From Candidatus Latescibacterota bacterium (GTDB taxonomy: Bacteria; Latescibacterota; UBA2968; GCA-2709665), in NCBI GenBank assembly GCA_965203805.1, contig OZ241917.1, forward strand, positions 3,744,001 to 3,808,000: 64,000 nucleotides of DNA, given 5' to 3'. The notes beneath the pieces were generated by a model. It had not been told where the DNA came from. It did no database searches and saw only the letters and a program-made list of their open reading frames with translations. Positions within the stretch are counted from its first letter, which is position 1. Every line of letters begins with the position of its first letter. A program made the translations under genes and the position numbers. Positions 20,728-30,434 of this stretch are shown here, in pieces.

Positions 20728-22113
20728 GTGACCAGAAGAGCCGGACAAAGGCACCTCGAGAAAAAGGCGGTATCGTCGCCGGACCCTACCGACGAACGAG
20801 ATGTGGTAATACTTGATCGGAAGGACGACAACAGCAAGGATTGGGAAGGCAGACTCGCGGTCCTTTCGGAGGAGCGACTATTGACGCACACACAAAGTAC
20901 TTGGGAAAGGCTCTGGCGTTTCTACAGATATTGTCGTGAGGCGTCACCATGGTACACTCGACATTTACCGCGATTCGACGATGCGGCTCAGATGATGTCG
21001 CGCTGGGCAGAGGTTCCGGTGCTAACAAAGGACGATCTCAGAGTTCATGGCTATGAGTTGCTAACGAACGCAGCAGGGAGCTCAATCGAAGTCAGTACAA
21101 GCGGAAGCACAGGGGTGCCCCTGTCATCCGTATGGACTCAGGACGAGTACAACCGATGTAGTATGGAAGTTTGGAAAGCGCGCATCGCTTTAGGCGCTCG
21201 GCTAAGTCATCCGGTCGTTTATTTCCTAGGGCTTCCGATGGAAGCGCCGACAGATTCAGCTGGGAAGATATGCAAGGTCGGCAGGACATATACACTGAGT
21301 CGAGTCTTTACTAAAGAAGCTATACGTCAATACACGGAGTTTCTCAATACCTTTAGTGGTGAGGTAGTTATCCATGGCTCACCAACTACTCTATATCGGT
21401 TCACTTGCCGGATTAAGGAGGAAGGGTATCCGATGCCCAGATTTAGCTGTGTCGAATTGAATGGTGAAATGTGTGAACCACATGAACTATTGGGAATTCA
21501 AGCTAGTCTCCGATCTCCTATGCTGAACAATTACGGTGCGCGCGAGATGTGGCCGATTGGCCTCACCTGTGCATGGGGGACGATGCATGTCTGCGACAAG
21601 CTAGTTTATGTTGAGGCTCCTGATAAGGAAGTGCTGATAACTTCAATCGTCAAGCGCCGCCAGCCTCTGATTAAATACTCAATTGGTGACCTTGCTGACG
21701 TCAGTTGGGCCGAATGCAATTGCGGAAAGCGTGGGATAGTAATTACTCGGCTTGTGGGTAGGAAAAACGACTTCCTATTTAGGGAAAAGGGTGTGAAGGA
21801 GCATTGGGCGCTCCTCTGTAATGCTATCAACAGTTGCATATTGGATAACCCAAATTTAGTTAGAGAATACGGAGTTCATCAGAAGAAGAACTATGACATT
21901 GAGATCAGTATCGTCAAAGGCGAATACTTCGATCCGAGAATCTGTCAAATCCTCTCGGACCGTGCTGGAGAAGTCTATCCGAAGTTGAAGTTTACTGTTA
22001 TAGTACGGGAGGCTATCGAGACCCACCGCAGTGGAAAGAAAATCTACTTCAAGTGCGATGTTGATGAAAGTGTGTTGCCTATCCCGCAAAGTGAGATTAT
22101 CAGTGCGGTTTAG
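20728..22113 (+). CDS. phenylacetate-CoA ligase (PaaK/CapK)-like adenylate-forming ligase
   Basis: VPVLTKDDLR, TSGSTG P-loop, NNYGARE, KYSIGDLA, GRKND, SGK. Likely start is GTG 20728 after GGGAG (ORF track starts at 20539). Confidence 0.85.
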   Translation: MTRRAGQRHLEKKAVSSPDPTDERDVVILDRKDDNSKDWEGRLAVLSEERLLTHTQSTWERLWRFYRYCREASPWYTRHLPRFDDAAQMMSRWAEVPVLTKDDLRVHGYELLTNAAGSSIEVSTSGSTGVPLSSVWTQDEYNRCSMEVWKARIALGARLSHPVVYFLGLPMEAPTDSAGKICKVGRTYTLSRVFTKEAIRQYTEFLNTFSGEVVIHGSPTTLYRFTCRIKEEGYPMPRFSCVELNGEMCEPHELLGIQASLRSPMLNNYGAREMWPIGLTCAWGTMHVCDKLVYVEAPDKEVLITSIVKRRQPLIKYSIGDLADVSWAECNCGKRGIVITRLVGRKNDFLFREKGVKEHWALLCNAINSCILDNPNLVREYGVHQKKNYDIEISIVKGEYFDPRICQILSDRAGEVYPKLKFTVIVREAIETHRSGKKIYFKCDVDESVLPIPQSEIISAV

Positions 22114-22184
22114 GAAGTGGGAGGTTTGTGGCGTTGCCCCGGATTTCTTTTGCCGATGCAATAATGCGATGTTCAGCCACCTAA

Positions 22185-22429
22185 GGTGAATTATTCACGA
22201 AAACCCTGGTCTTGATGTATAACGGGTTGTTTTTCAATAGATTCTGCGAAATATGACGCGTCAGCATTTCATGAATTACGAAAGTGATGGGTCAGGGTGA
22301 TGTTTTGTAGCCCACCGAGGTAAGGATCCATCGGTTTGGCCCGGAATCGTGGGCATTTGTCCTGCTCTTGGTCTTTTTCCTGTTCATCCTGTCCATCCAT
22401 GTAAGTTCATGTTTAGTGGATTATTCAGG
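22185..22429. mobile_element. MITE (245 bp)
   Basis: Imperfect TIRs GGTGAATTATTCAC / GTGGATTATTCAGG with CTAA on both sides. Its right part is shared with 63363-63430 in inverted orientation. Confidence 0.6.
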
Positions 22430-22562
22430 CTAAACGAGTTATCGTTCGCGTTGTACCGGCCTAGAAGCAGGGGCACCGCTACTTGACAGGCTCATCATTC
22501 ACACGTGATTTTATGTTCAACCTCCTGATACCCGAGCTACGTCAATCAAGAGACTCTCCGTC

Positions 22563-23949
22563 GAGATATTGTCAAATGTTGTGGATGGCGGCGAGCGTAT
22601 CCTGATGGATCAGGCGGCGGCTTTGACGTCTCCATCCTCGAATTCGACGCCCTGGACCACGAGTTCAATGAGCTTGTGACTGTGTAATCGTTGCCAGTGT
22701 TTCTGGGCTTGGTCGGCCAGTTTGTAAACCATCATCAACGTGGCGTTTCGAGAGCCGCATCCTTTGGTCTGGCGCGTGCGGTGGCGAACGGTGCTGAAAG
22801 TGGATTCAATGGGATTGGTGGACCGGAGGTGTCGCCAGTGAGCGGCCGGGAAATCGTAAAAGGTGAACAGCACGTCCTTGTCTTTTTCCAGGCACGCACA
22901 CGCTTTGGGGTATTTGGCTTCATAAAGGGACAGAAAGTCCTCGTAAGCGGCCAGGGCATCCTCTCTGGTGGGTGAGAGATACATCTCGTGGAGGCGCCCT
23001 TTGGCCTGCGCCTGGACCGTTTTGGGGAGGTTATCCAGCACGTTGGCACTCTTGTGCACCCAGCAGCGCTGATGGCTTGTCTCGGGGAAGACTTCCTCCA
23101 GCGCGGCCCAGAAACCCAGGCCGCCATCGCCAATGGCCAGGGCAGGCGCTTCTTTCAACCCTCTTCTTTTCAGGTCCCTGAGCACACCTTCCCAGGACAG
23201 CTTGCTTTCACGATGTCCATCCTCGATCGCCAACAGTTCCTTACGGCCATCCTTCGTGGCACCGATGATGACTAAGACGCAGGGCCGGTCCGGTTCCAGT
23301 CGCACCTGGAAATAGATGCCATCGGCCCAGACATACACGTAGTGTTTATCTGAAAGATCCCGTTGTTGCCACGCTCGATATTCTTCGTCCCAGATCTGCT
23401 TGAGCCGAACGATGTTGGCCGGTGACAGCCCCACCGCATTCTCACCCAAAATCGCAGAAAGTGCCTCGGGGAAGGACGACGTCGAGACCCCCTTGAGATA
23501 CAGTGCCGGAATCAACGCATCGATAGAGGGTGCCCGACGCATATATCTCGGCAAAATGGCTGAGCTGAATGTCTTTCCCTTACGCCTGTCGTGCACACGC
23601 GGCTGCCGGATCTCAAGGTGTCCTACGCCCGTGATCAGTTCCCGTGGCTTGTGAGATCCATTCCTGACCACTTGCCGGTGACCACGTTCATCCTTCTCCG
23701 CTTGCAACCCTTCAACGTAGGCGTCCACTTCAAACTCCAACGCGGCTTGCAGCATCCGCCTGGCCCCAACACGAATCAGATCTTCCAGGCTCAACGTCAC
23801 TTCATCTTTGACTATCGTCTCAACTTCGGAGGCCGTATATTGTCTCATCGAGCGTATCCTTCCTCCCTCGTCTGAGGGATCTCGGGTTAATAGTGATACT
23901 ATAGGATACGCTCTTTTTTTACCTCATCCACAACTTTTGAATATAACTC
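22563..23949 (-). mobile_element. IS256-family insertion sequence
   Basis: 25-bp imperfect TIRs GAGATATTGTCAAATGTTGTGGATG / CATCCACAACTTTTGAATATAACTC and a 9-bp TSD CTCTCCGTC (22554-62, 23950-58). Confidence 0.95.
22610..23848 (-). CDS. IS256 (mutator-type) transposase (intact)
   Basis: VWADGIY, AIGDGGLGF, QRCWVHK, STNPIES. Confidence 0.96.
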   Translation of the reverse strand: MRQYTASEVETIVKDEVTLSLEDLIRVGARRMLQAALEFEVDAYVEGLQAEKDERGHRQVVRNGSHKPRELITGVGHLEIRQPRVHDRRKGKTFSSAILPRYMRRAPSIDALIPALYLKGVSTSSFPEALSAILGENAVGLSPANIVRLKQIWDEEYRAWQQRDLSDKHYVYVWADGIYFQVRLEPDRPCVLVIIGATKDGRKELLAIEDGHRESKLSWEGVLRDLKRRGLKEAPALAIGDGGLGFWAALEEVFPETSHQRCWVHKSANVLDNLPKTVQAQAKGRLHEMYLSPTREDALAAYEDFLSLYEAKYPKACACLEKDKDVLFTFYDFPAAHWRHLRSTNPIESTFSTVRHRTRQTKGCGSRNATLMMVYKLADQAQKHWQRLHSHKLIELVVQGVEFEDGDVKAAA

Positions 23950-24182
23950 CTCTCCGTCTGCCTGCGTCCAATAGGCCTACTCAACGCAGGCAATCCAGAT
24001 CTTGCTTCGACCTCTTTTAGGTTTGTCAGCCGACCTTTGACAAGATTAACATTCAAGGAATGATAATAGTAGTCCATGAAGAGGGTGTCCGTTTCAATGC
24101 CTTCTTCCCCATTGGTGCGATGCAGGCGTTCCTTCGCCACATACCTCGTTCTTTATTCTCAAAGGGGATGTTGTCTCATTAA

Positions 24183-24403
24183 CTTTGATTCGAAAAGAGT
24201 AGGTAGTTGAACTATTCTGTGGAGAGAATAGGTAGTTGACGGCGATCTAAACGCCCCGACAAAAGCGGGGTAAATCCCGTGTGGATTGGTTTGATCTTCG
24301 GTCACATCCTGTGAAATTAACTATCATCCAATTGCAGAGTCTATCGCGTTTGTCTTACTTGGCAGATTCAATCTCTCGTCGGTGGAGTTTTAACGAATCA
24401 AGG
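24183..24403. mobile_element. MITE, diverged relative of 8703-8892
   Basis: CTTTGATTCG...CGAATCAAGG termini. Shares AGTTGACGGC and TTCGGTCACATCC.GTGAA blocks, with a short internal duplication. Confidence 0.65.
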
Positions 24404-24514
24404 CAAAATGCCCACAAAGCATCCTTTCCGAACTCGTTAGGAAGCGCAAATCCTTAGTTCGAAAGATCGTGTTATTTCGTCTATATTTCATCAAAGAAAT
24501 ACAAGGAGTACGCA

Positions 24515-24805
24515 GTGAGTAACGAAACAACGTCGCTAGTTGTCGAGAGGGTCAACACGATACTTGCCGCTAACAATCAAGCAGTCCTTCCAACTAACTT
24601 GGCAGGTGATGACACTCTTCTGAAGTCGGAGAAATACTCCCTCGGATTGATCGGATTGGACTCACAAGCGATTATGGAGCTGTTCTTAGTCATTGAACAA
24701 GACTTTAATGTGGATTTGGTAGACGATGATCTTTCCTATGAGGCAGTAGGCACTCTGGGCCACCTCGTTGATTATGTCGACCGAAAATTGGAGAATGTCA
24801 CATGA
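24515..24805 (+). CDS. stand-alone acyl/aminoacyl carrier protein
   Basis: Small acidic protein with the GLDS phosphopantetheine site. AAGGAG SD; overlaps the next gene (ATGA). Confidence 0.88.
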   Translation: MSNETTSLVVERVNTILAANNQAVLPTNLAGDDTLLKSEKYSLGLIGLDSQAIMELFLVIEQDFNVDLVDDDLSYEAVGTLGHLVDYVDRKLENVT

Positions 24806-25680
24806 GAATCGGGTTAGCACAGATGCAAATAGGAGATAGTCTGACAGGAAACGCGGAAAAAGTGGTGTCCTTCATAAGAGAAGCAAGCTCGGACAAGGTT
24901 GACTTTATCGCATTTCCAGAGACTTGCTTGACCGGTTACCTTGGAATTTCACTGAACTGCCTGTCTTCTGTAAAAATGAAGAGTCTGTATAAGGCTCTCA
25001 ACGAAATACAGGATCTCTGCCGGGAATTATGCATCAGTGTCGCAACCGGTCAATATTTCAGGAGATGTGGGCGGTGGTATAACAACGCCGTAGTATTCGG
25101 AAGTGATGGGAAGTGTAAAACTAGCTACGACAAGAATCACCTTATTGACCGGGATTGTTTCGATGTAGTAGCTGGGAGAGAACCGCCTGAAGTGTTTCAA
25201 CTGCAAAAAGCTAGGGTGTCGATTGGGATTTGCCATGATATTCGGTATCCCGAGCCGTGGCGATGGGCCGCAATAAAAGGAAGCCAGATACAAGCCTGTT
25301 TGTTCTACGGTGTCCGATCCGAAAGCGATTTGCGAGATCAAGAGATATATGATGCGCATTTGTCCACACGTGCGGCAGAAAACGGCGTATTCTTGGTCGC
25401 TACCAATGTAGCGGCTAAGGAGCAAATGGTTCGATCGCAGATACGCGATCCCGAAGGCCGTCTGCTGGTCCGCGCGAACTCCTGGAAGGAAGAACTCTTA
25501 GTAAGCGACATTGAACCCGATCTAGGAGGCCAAGGTTGGGTAGAGCGGCGTCGCGGGGATCTGTATACACTAAAGCTTCAACCGAAGGAACGAGGAAGTG
25601 TGTTTGATGAGGGATTCTGGGAACGTCCGTACTATATAATTGAGCATGATCGAAGATTGATGGGGGATCAGGAAACTTGA
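24802..25680 (+). CDS. carbon-nitrogen hydrolase (nitrilase superfamily)
   Basis: E-K-C triad in FPE, YDK and ICHDIRYPE; also RAAEN. Confidence 0.92.
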   Translation: MRIGLAQMQIGDSLTGNAEKVVSFIREASSDKVDFIAFPETCLTGYLGISLNCLSSVKMKSLYKALNEIQDLCRELCISVATGQYFRRCGRWYNNAVVFGSDGKCKTSYDKNHLIDRDCFDVVAGREPPEVFQLQKARVSIGICHDIRYPEPWRWAAIKGSQIQACLFYGVRSESDLRDQEIYDAHLSTRAAENGVFLVATNVAAKEQMVRSQIRDPEGRLLVRANSWKEELLVSDIEPDLGGQGWVERRRGDLYTLKLQPKERGSVFDEGFWERPYYIIEHDRRLMGDQET

Positions 25681-25730
25681 ACATCCTTTCGAAGAGACGT
25701 TGATGGGATGGGATTTCTAAAGGCTCTAAA

Positions 25731-26570
25731 ATGGCACTGCATGATATTGTGGTCGGTGACTTCGGACGCCAAGGGACATTAAGGTATTTGATTGAATTCT
25801 CCAAAGCGGAAAGAGAGCTAATTTCAGCCCAATTGGAAAATGGCGAGTTTCTGGATGAGTACAGGCGCATTCGTTATACGGTGATTGGGAGACTTAGAGA
25901 GATAAAGCACAAGTTGGTTGGTCGCTGCAATGGACAGCTTGACCGTAGCGTCTTAATAGGTGTCAGACACGGTGTTTCTCCTCACGAGATTTTAACTCCA
26001 CTTCTTGCGACCGTGCTGCCGTTCATCCGTCTTGTAGCCAATTCGAAGACTGAACGGATACGGCTAATATTGCCGTGCAATACGCTGGGAAGGCTAGCAT
26101 CGACTCTACAATCGATCTTTGATGACCGCCACGATCGAAAAGAATTGGAAATGGCCATGGGCCAAAATGCAAAGGCCGACTTGGAATGGGTGTCAAGGTG
26201 GCTACGTGAAGGAGGGGATATTGAAGTTCCTGGTATACCAGAGACTGTGGTTGGAGAGCTAGCATGTCCAAGCACTCGGACGCTTTCTATTCTCGGGTCA
26301 CAAGAGAGCTTGTTTGCTTACAAACAAGCGGTTCAAAAACAACGCCTTTCGATTGCCGTTCAATCGTATCTGCCAAATGGGGTGCAAAGTTTCGAGCGAT
26401 TACTTATCGGAGTCATTAACGGCCGAATCTCCCTAAAGGGAATAGATCCGCCCGCCAAAAATGAAGTCCGCATTTGCGGATGTACCGATTTGAAAGTGCC
26501 GATTATAGCAGATTCGATCAGGATCTTTGCTAGACACCTAGTCACCCACGCGTATAAGTATCTTTCGTAA
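25731..26570 (+). CDS. divergent aspartate/glutamate racemase-like protein
   Basis: Two-cysteine motifs LPCNT and GCTDL; the rest of the sequence is divergent. Confidence 0.65.
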   Translation: MALHDIVVGDFGRQGTLRYLIEFSKAERELISAQLENGEFLDEYRRIRYTVIGRLREIKHKLVGRCNGQLDRSVLIGVRHGVSPHEILTPLLATVLPFIRLVANSKTERIRLILPCNTLGRLASTLQSIFDDRHDRKELEMAMGQNAKADLEWVSRWLREGGDIEVPGIPETVVGELACPSTRTLSILGSQESLFAYKQAVQKQRLSIAVQSYLPNGVQSFERLLIGVINGRISLKGIDPPAKNEVRICGCTDLKVPIIADSIRIFARHLVTHAYKYLS

Positions 26571-26578
26571 GGTTCCCG

Positions 26579-29353
26579 ATGAAAATTGAGATCCCGTTAA
26601 TATTCGACAATGAGTCACATACCTGTTTAGAGGATCTGGGAGCATCGATAGTAAACTGGTACGGACGTCCATTTCAGCTTATGTATGCAGAATCGTGGGG
26701 GTTTGCTTTTGATACCGCTACCATCACTTCTCGGAAATTGCTTGGCGAGAGACTTAATCCGAACATAGGTAACCAGTGGAGTCTCCTGGAGCGACACCAG
26801 GGCATAAGGCTAGATAAACGTGAACATGAACTAGCTTTTGACAGGTACGTGTGCGACCAAGTTACAGACGGTACACCTGTTATCTTTAAACTCGCGAGTA
26901 AGTTGAATGAAAAATGCTCGTGGGGGATTGCTATCGGATTTGACAGAAAAAGGGGGAGCATTCACTATCTGACTCAGAACAGAGAATCGAGCTTCCGCCG
27001 GTCGACAAAGGCTGGTTCAATTCGACTTGATGAGTTTGCTAACAGAACAGTGTATACACTCACGCCCACGGTCCTTAGCTCCGACGAGATACTTAACGTT
27101 AATTTCCAACAGCTTGTTATTGCAGGTGTTATGCGTTCAATGTGTGGTGGAATTGAGCCGACAAGCTATCAAAGTAAACTGAAGTTTGCTGACGCGATTG
27201 AGCGTTCATTGGATATTGAAGCTGAGCTAAGAGGGTATTCTGAACTGTTTTGGCCGCCCCTCCTGTACAATCTTATGCGTGTCAGCCATGGCAGGTCACA
27301 GTTCTCGCGTTTTCTAGACTTCACTCATGAGTTGTTTCCGCTGCCTGGACTAAGGGATGGTTCGTCAGAAATCAAACGGCTAGGTCGCGAGTGGTGGTTG
27401 ATCCGTAGCCTTCTTATCAAATTGGCAATGGCGCCAAAAGATAGTAAGCTTGTTTCTCATATTGCGAATCGAATTCGGAGTTTGGCAAGTGAGGAGGCGA
27501 ATGTAGCCAAGAGGTTACAGCAGATCGACTGGATTTGCTTAGGCAAACTCGAATCTTCCAAAGCTAATTTACAGATAGCCAGTGTAGTTGCAAGGTCAAA
27601 GAACGAGCCGCCTTACCCTAATCCAAGCCACCCGCGACCCAGGTTGGCATTTTCGCCTGCTCTTCCATTGAACGGTACTGAATTTCGACTATGCGGGATT
27701 TGGGCTGAAGTGTTGGGAGTGGATGTTATTGGCACAATGGATGATTTCTTTGAACTTGGGGGCGATTCGTTATCGGCCGTACGAGTATTGGGGCGTGTAT
27801 GTGAGGAATTTGGTGTGAAGCTCTCGTTGCGGCGGCTGTTTGAGAGTCCGACGGTATCTGGGTTGGCGATTCTCATTGACGCGGAGGGTGGTTTGCAGGG
27901 AAAGGTCGGAAATTCGTCCATGATACCTCGGGCCAATAGAAGCGAGGATGCACTGCCGCTTTCGTTTGCACAGCAGCGGCTGTGGTTTTTTGATCAACTG
28001 GAGCCAGGAAATGTCTTCTATAATATACCGTCTGCGGTTCGTCTACGTGGTCCACTTTGTATGACTGCTCTTTGGTGGAGTGTAAATGAGATAATCCGGC
28101 GACATGAGTCTCTGCGCACAACCTTTGCGAGGCGTGAAGGACAGCCTATACAAGTAGTGGCAGATGAGTTACAGCTGCCGTTGAGGGTGATAGACTTACG
28201 AGGTCTTCCAGATGCAGAACAGCGCGCTCAACAATTAGCCCGCAGGGAGGCTGAGCGTGCTTTTTCACTGGAATGCGGTCCGTTGTTAAGGATCGTGTTA
28301 TTGTGGATAGGTGACGAGGATTACCTGCTGGTACGGATAACACACCACATAATCTCTGATGGTTGGTCTGAGAGTATTTTTCTTAAAGAGTTGGCTGTTT
28401 TCTACAATGGTCGTGTAAGTGGTCGGCATACAACTCTTCCAGCGCTACCCATCCAATATGTTGATTTCTCGGTTTGGCAGCGACAACAGTTGCAGGGTGA
28501 AATGCTGGCGAAACAACAAGCATATTGGAATGAGCAACTGCGAGATAGCCCACCTATTTTAAAGCTACCTATTGATCGTCCCAGACCAGAGATACAATCG
28601 TTTCGAGGTGGTGTATGCTCCCTGAAGTTACCGAAAGAGCAGACCGAAGAACTGAAGAAATTGAGCCGTCAAGAAGGGACGACATTGTTCATGACATTGC
28701 TGACGGCACTCAAGGTTTTGCTGTACAGACTCAGTGGTCAGAGCGATATCTGCGTGGGGACTCCAATTTCCAATCGCACACGCCCTGAAACAGAGGGGAT
28801 CATAGGGCTATTTCTAAACATGCTGCCCTTGCGAACACATGTGCAAGAGGATATGAGCTTTCGCGACCTGCTTAGAACGGTGCAAAAGACTTGCCTAGAT
28901 GCATTCGCAAATAAAGATATCCCATTCGAAATGTTGGTACGCGCCGTATCGGGACGGAACGGCTTAGCGATCAGTCCAATCTTCCAGGTTGTATTCCAGT
29001 TTCAAAATACGCCGAAAGCCCATAAGAGAATTGCTGGCATCGACACGTCTAAAGTGAGGATCATGGCACCAGTGGCAAAATTTGATCTCCTGCTAAACAT
29101 GTGCGAGGAAGATGACGGTGAACTGTTCGGCCTTCTGGAGTATTGCATAGATATATTCAAGCATGACAGCGCACTACGACTGATGCGGCAGCTCAAGAGG
29201 ATAATTGACTTGGTCGCGATTCGACCGGACGATACCCTATTCGATATGTACAGGAATTTCCAGCGTGAAGAGGATGAGAACACGGCAAGAAGTACGAAAA
29301 GATATGAGGAGATTTTGAGGAGTCAGTTGAGGACTCTTGTAAAGCAAGAGTAG
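26579..29353 (+). CDS. NRPS with an N-terminal BtrH-like domain, T domain and terminal LCL-type C domain (no A domain)
   Basis: N-terminal CLEDL...MYAESWGF (BtrH_N-like); T domain FFELGGDSL; C domain LSFAQQRLWF...HHIISDGWS. Confidence 0.88.
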   Translation: MKIEIPLIFDNESHTCLEDLGASIVNWYGRPFQLMYAESWGFAFDTATITSRKLLGERLNPNIGNQWSLLERHQGIRLDKREHELAFDRYVCDQVTDGTPVIFKLASKLNEKCSWGIAIGFDRKRGSIHYLTQNRESSFRRSTKAGSIRLDEFANRTVYTLTPTVLSSDEILNVNFQQLVIAGVMRSMCGGIEPTSYQSKLKFADAIERSLDIEAELRGYSELFWPPLLYNLMRVSHGRSQFSRFLDFTHELFPLPGLRDGSSEIKRLGREWWLIRSLLIKLAMAPKDSKLVSHIANRIRSLASEEANVAKRLQQIDWICLGKLESSKANLQIASVVARSKNEPPYPNPSHPRPRLAFSPALPLNGTEFRLCGIWAEVLGVDVIGTMDDFFELGGDSLSAVRVLGRVCEEFGVKLSLRRLFESPTVSGLAILIDAEGGLQGKVGNSSMIPRANRSEDALPLSFAQQRLWFFDQLEPGNVFYNIPSAVRLRGPLCMTALWWSVNEIIRRHESLRTTFARREGQPIQVVADELQLPLRVIDLRGLPDAEQRAQQLARREAERAFSLECGPLLRIVLLWIGDEDYLLVRITHHIISDGWSESIFLKELAVFYNGRVSGRHTTLPALPIQYVDFSVWQRQQLQGEMLAKQQAYWNEQLRDSPPILKLPIDRPRPEIQSFRGGVCSLKLPKEQTEELKKLSRQEGTTLFMTLLTALKVLLYRLSGQSDICVGTPISNRTRPETEGIIGLFLNMLPLRTHVQEDMSFRDLLRTVQKTCLDAFANKDIPFEMLVRAVSGRNGLAISPIFQVVFQFQNTPKAHKRIAGIDTSKVRIMAPVAKFDLLLNMCEEDDGELFGLLEYCIDIFKHDSALRLMRQLKRIIDLVAIRPDDTLFDMYRNFQREEDENTARSTKRYEEILRSQLRTLVKQE
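27690..28938 (+). repeat. 1249-bp T-C didomain duplication, copy 1
   Basis: Matches 33381-34629. One difference seen (T28014 vs C33705, Val/Ala). Confidence 0.95.
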
Positions 29354-29399
29354 AAGCGAAAAAGACAGAATATTGGGTTGACTTGAGGGGGAGGTTGAA

Positions 29400-30434
29400 A
29401 TGACACTTAAAGGCCCTAGTGATGTGAAACGGAATAGAATTTCGGTGTCTAGTAATGAGCTTGCGGCGATAGGCTACATTGAAAGGGAGAGCATATTACC
29501 TCTCGTTGTACGGGCAAAGTCTCCAGGAGTAGACATCACTCATTGGTACAGTGACAACGCAGTCCTCGTTCGGAACGGTTTAAGCAAATTTGGTGCCGTT
29601 CTGTTCAGAGGATTTGAGATCGAATGTTTGGGAGAATTCCAGAAGTTCGTAGCAGTCTCTTCTGGGGAACTTTTGGAGTACTACGAGCGATCTTCCCCAA
29701 GAAGAAAAATAACAGGGAAAATCTACACTTCCACCGAATATCCGGCAACCCGCCCCATCTTTCTGCATAATGAGAACTCGTACCAACATCAGTTCCCTAG
29801 CAAGATCTATTTTTTCTGTCAATCGCCCCCACAGGCAGGAGGCGAAACTCCGATAGCAGATTGTCGGAGTGTCTACAAATCAATTGATCCAGCGATTCGA
29901 GAGAAATTCATCAATAAAGGTGTAATGTATGTCCGAAATTTCTACAAGGGCTTAAATCCTTCGTGGCAGACGGTCTTTCAGACGCAAGAAAAGTTGGTTG
30001 TTGAGGCGTATTGCCACAATGCCAATATTGCGGTTGAGTGGAAGGCGGATGACAGTCTGCGAATTAGCCAGATCCGTCCCGCCGTCATCGACCATCCTCA
30101 GACCTCTGAGAAGGTATGGTTTAACCACGCGGTCTTCTTTCATGCGTCGTCCGTGGAAGTCTCAGCTCGAACGCAGCTTGGCCAGATATTGAACGAGGAG
30201 GATCTTCCAAGCAACACATTTTACGGAGATGGTTCTATTATTGAGCCATCGGTTGTATCGCGGATACGAAGCATTTACCTGCAGAATAAAGTGTCTTTCA
30301 CTTGGGAGAAGAATGACATCCTGATGCTCGATAATATTAGCGTTGCTCATGGGAGAGAGCCATTTGTTGGGCGTAGGGAGATAATGGTTGCAATGACGGA
30401 GCCTACGAAACACCTCAACGTGAAGGAGGATTAA
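29400..30434 (+). CDS. TauD/TfdA-family Fe(II)/2-oxoglutarate dioxygenase, SyrP-like amino-acid beta-hydroxylase
   Basis: YTSTEYP, HNE, GGETPIAD, WFNH, DN...HGR. Its stop overlaps the NRPS start (TAATG). Confidence 0.92.
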   Translation: MTLKGPSDVKRNRISVSSNELAAIGYIERESILPLVVRAKSPGVDITHWYSDNAVLVRNGLSKFGAVLFRGFEIECLGEFQKFVAVSSGELLEYYERSSPRRKITGKIYTSTEYPATRPIFLHNENSYQHQFPSKIYFFCQSPPQAGGETPIADCRSVYKSIDPAIREKFINKGVMYVRNFYKGLNPSWQTVFQTQEKLVVEAYCHNANIAVEWKADDSLRISQIRPAVIDHPQTSEKVWFNHAVFFHASSVEVSARTQLGQILNEEDLPSNTFYGDGSIIEPSVVSRIRSIYLQNKVSFTWEKNDILMLDNISVAHGREPFVGRREIMVAMTEPTKHLNVKED

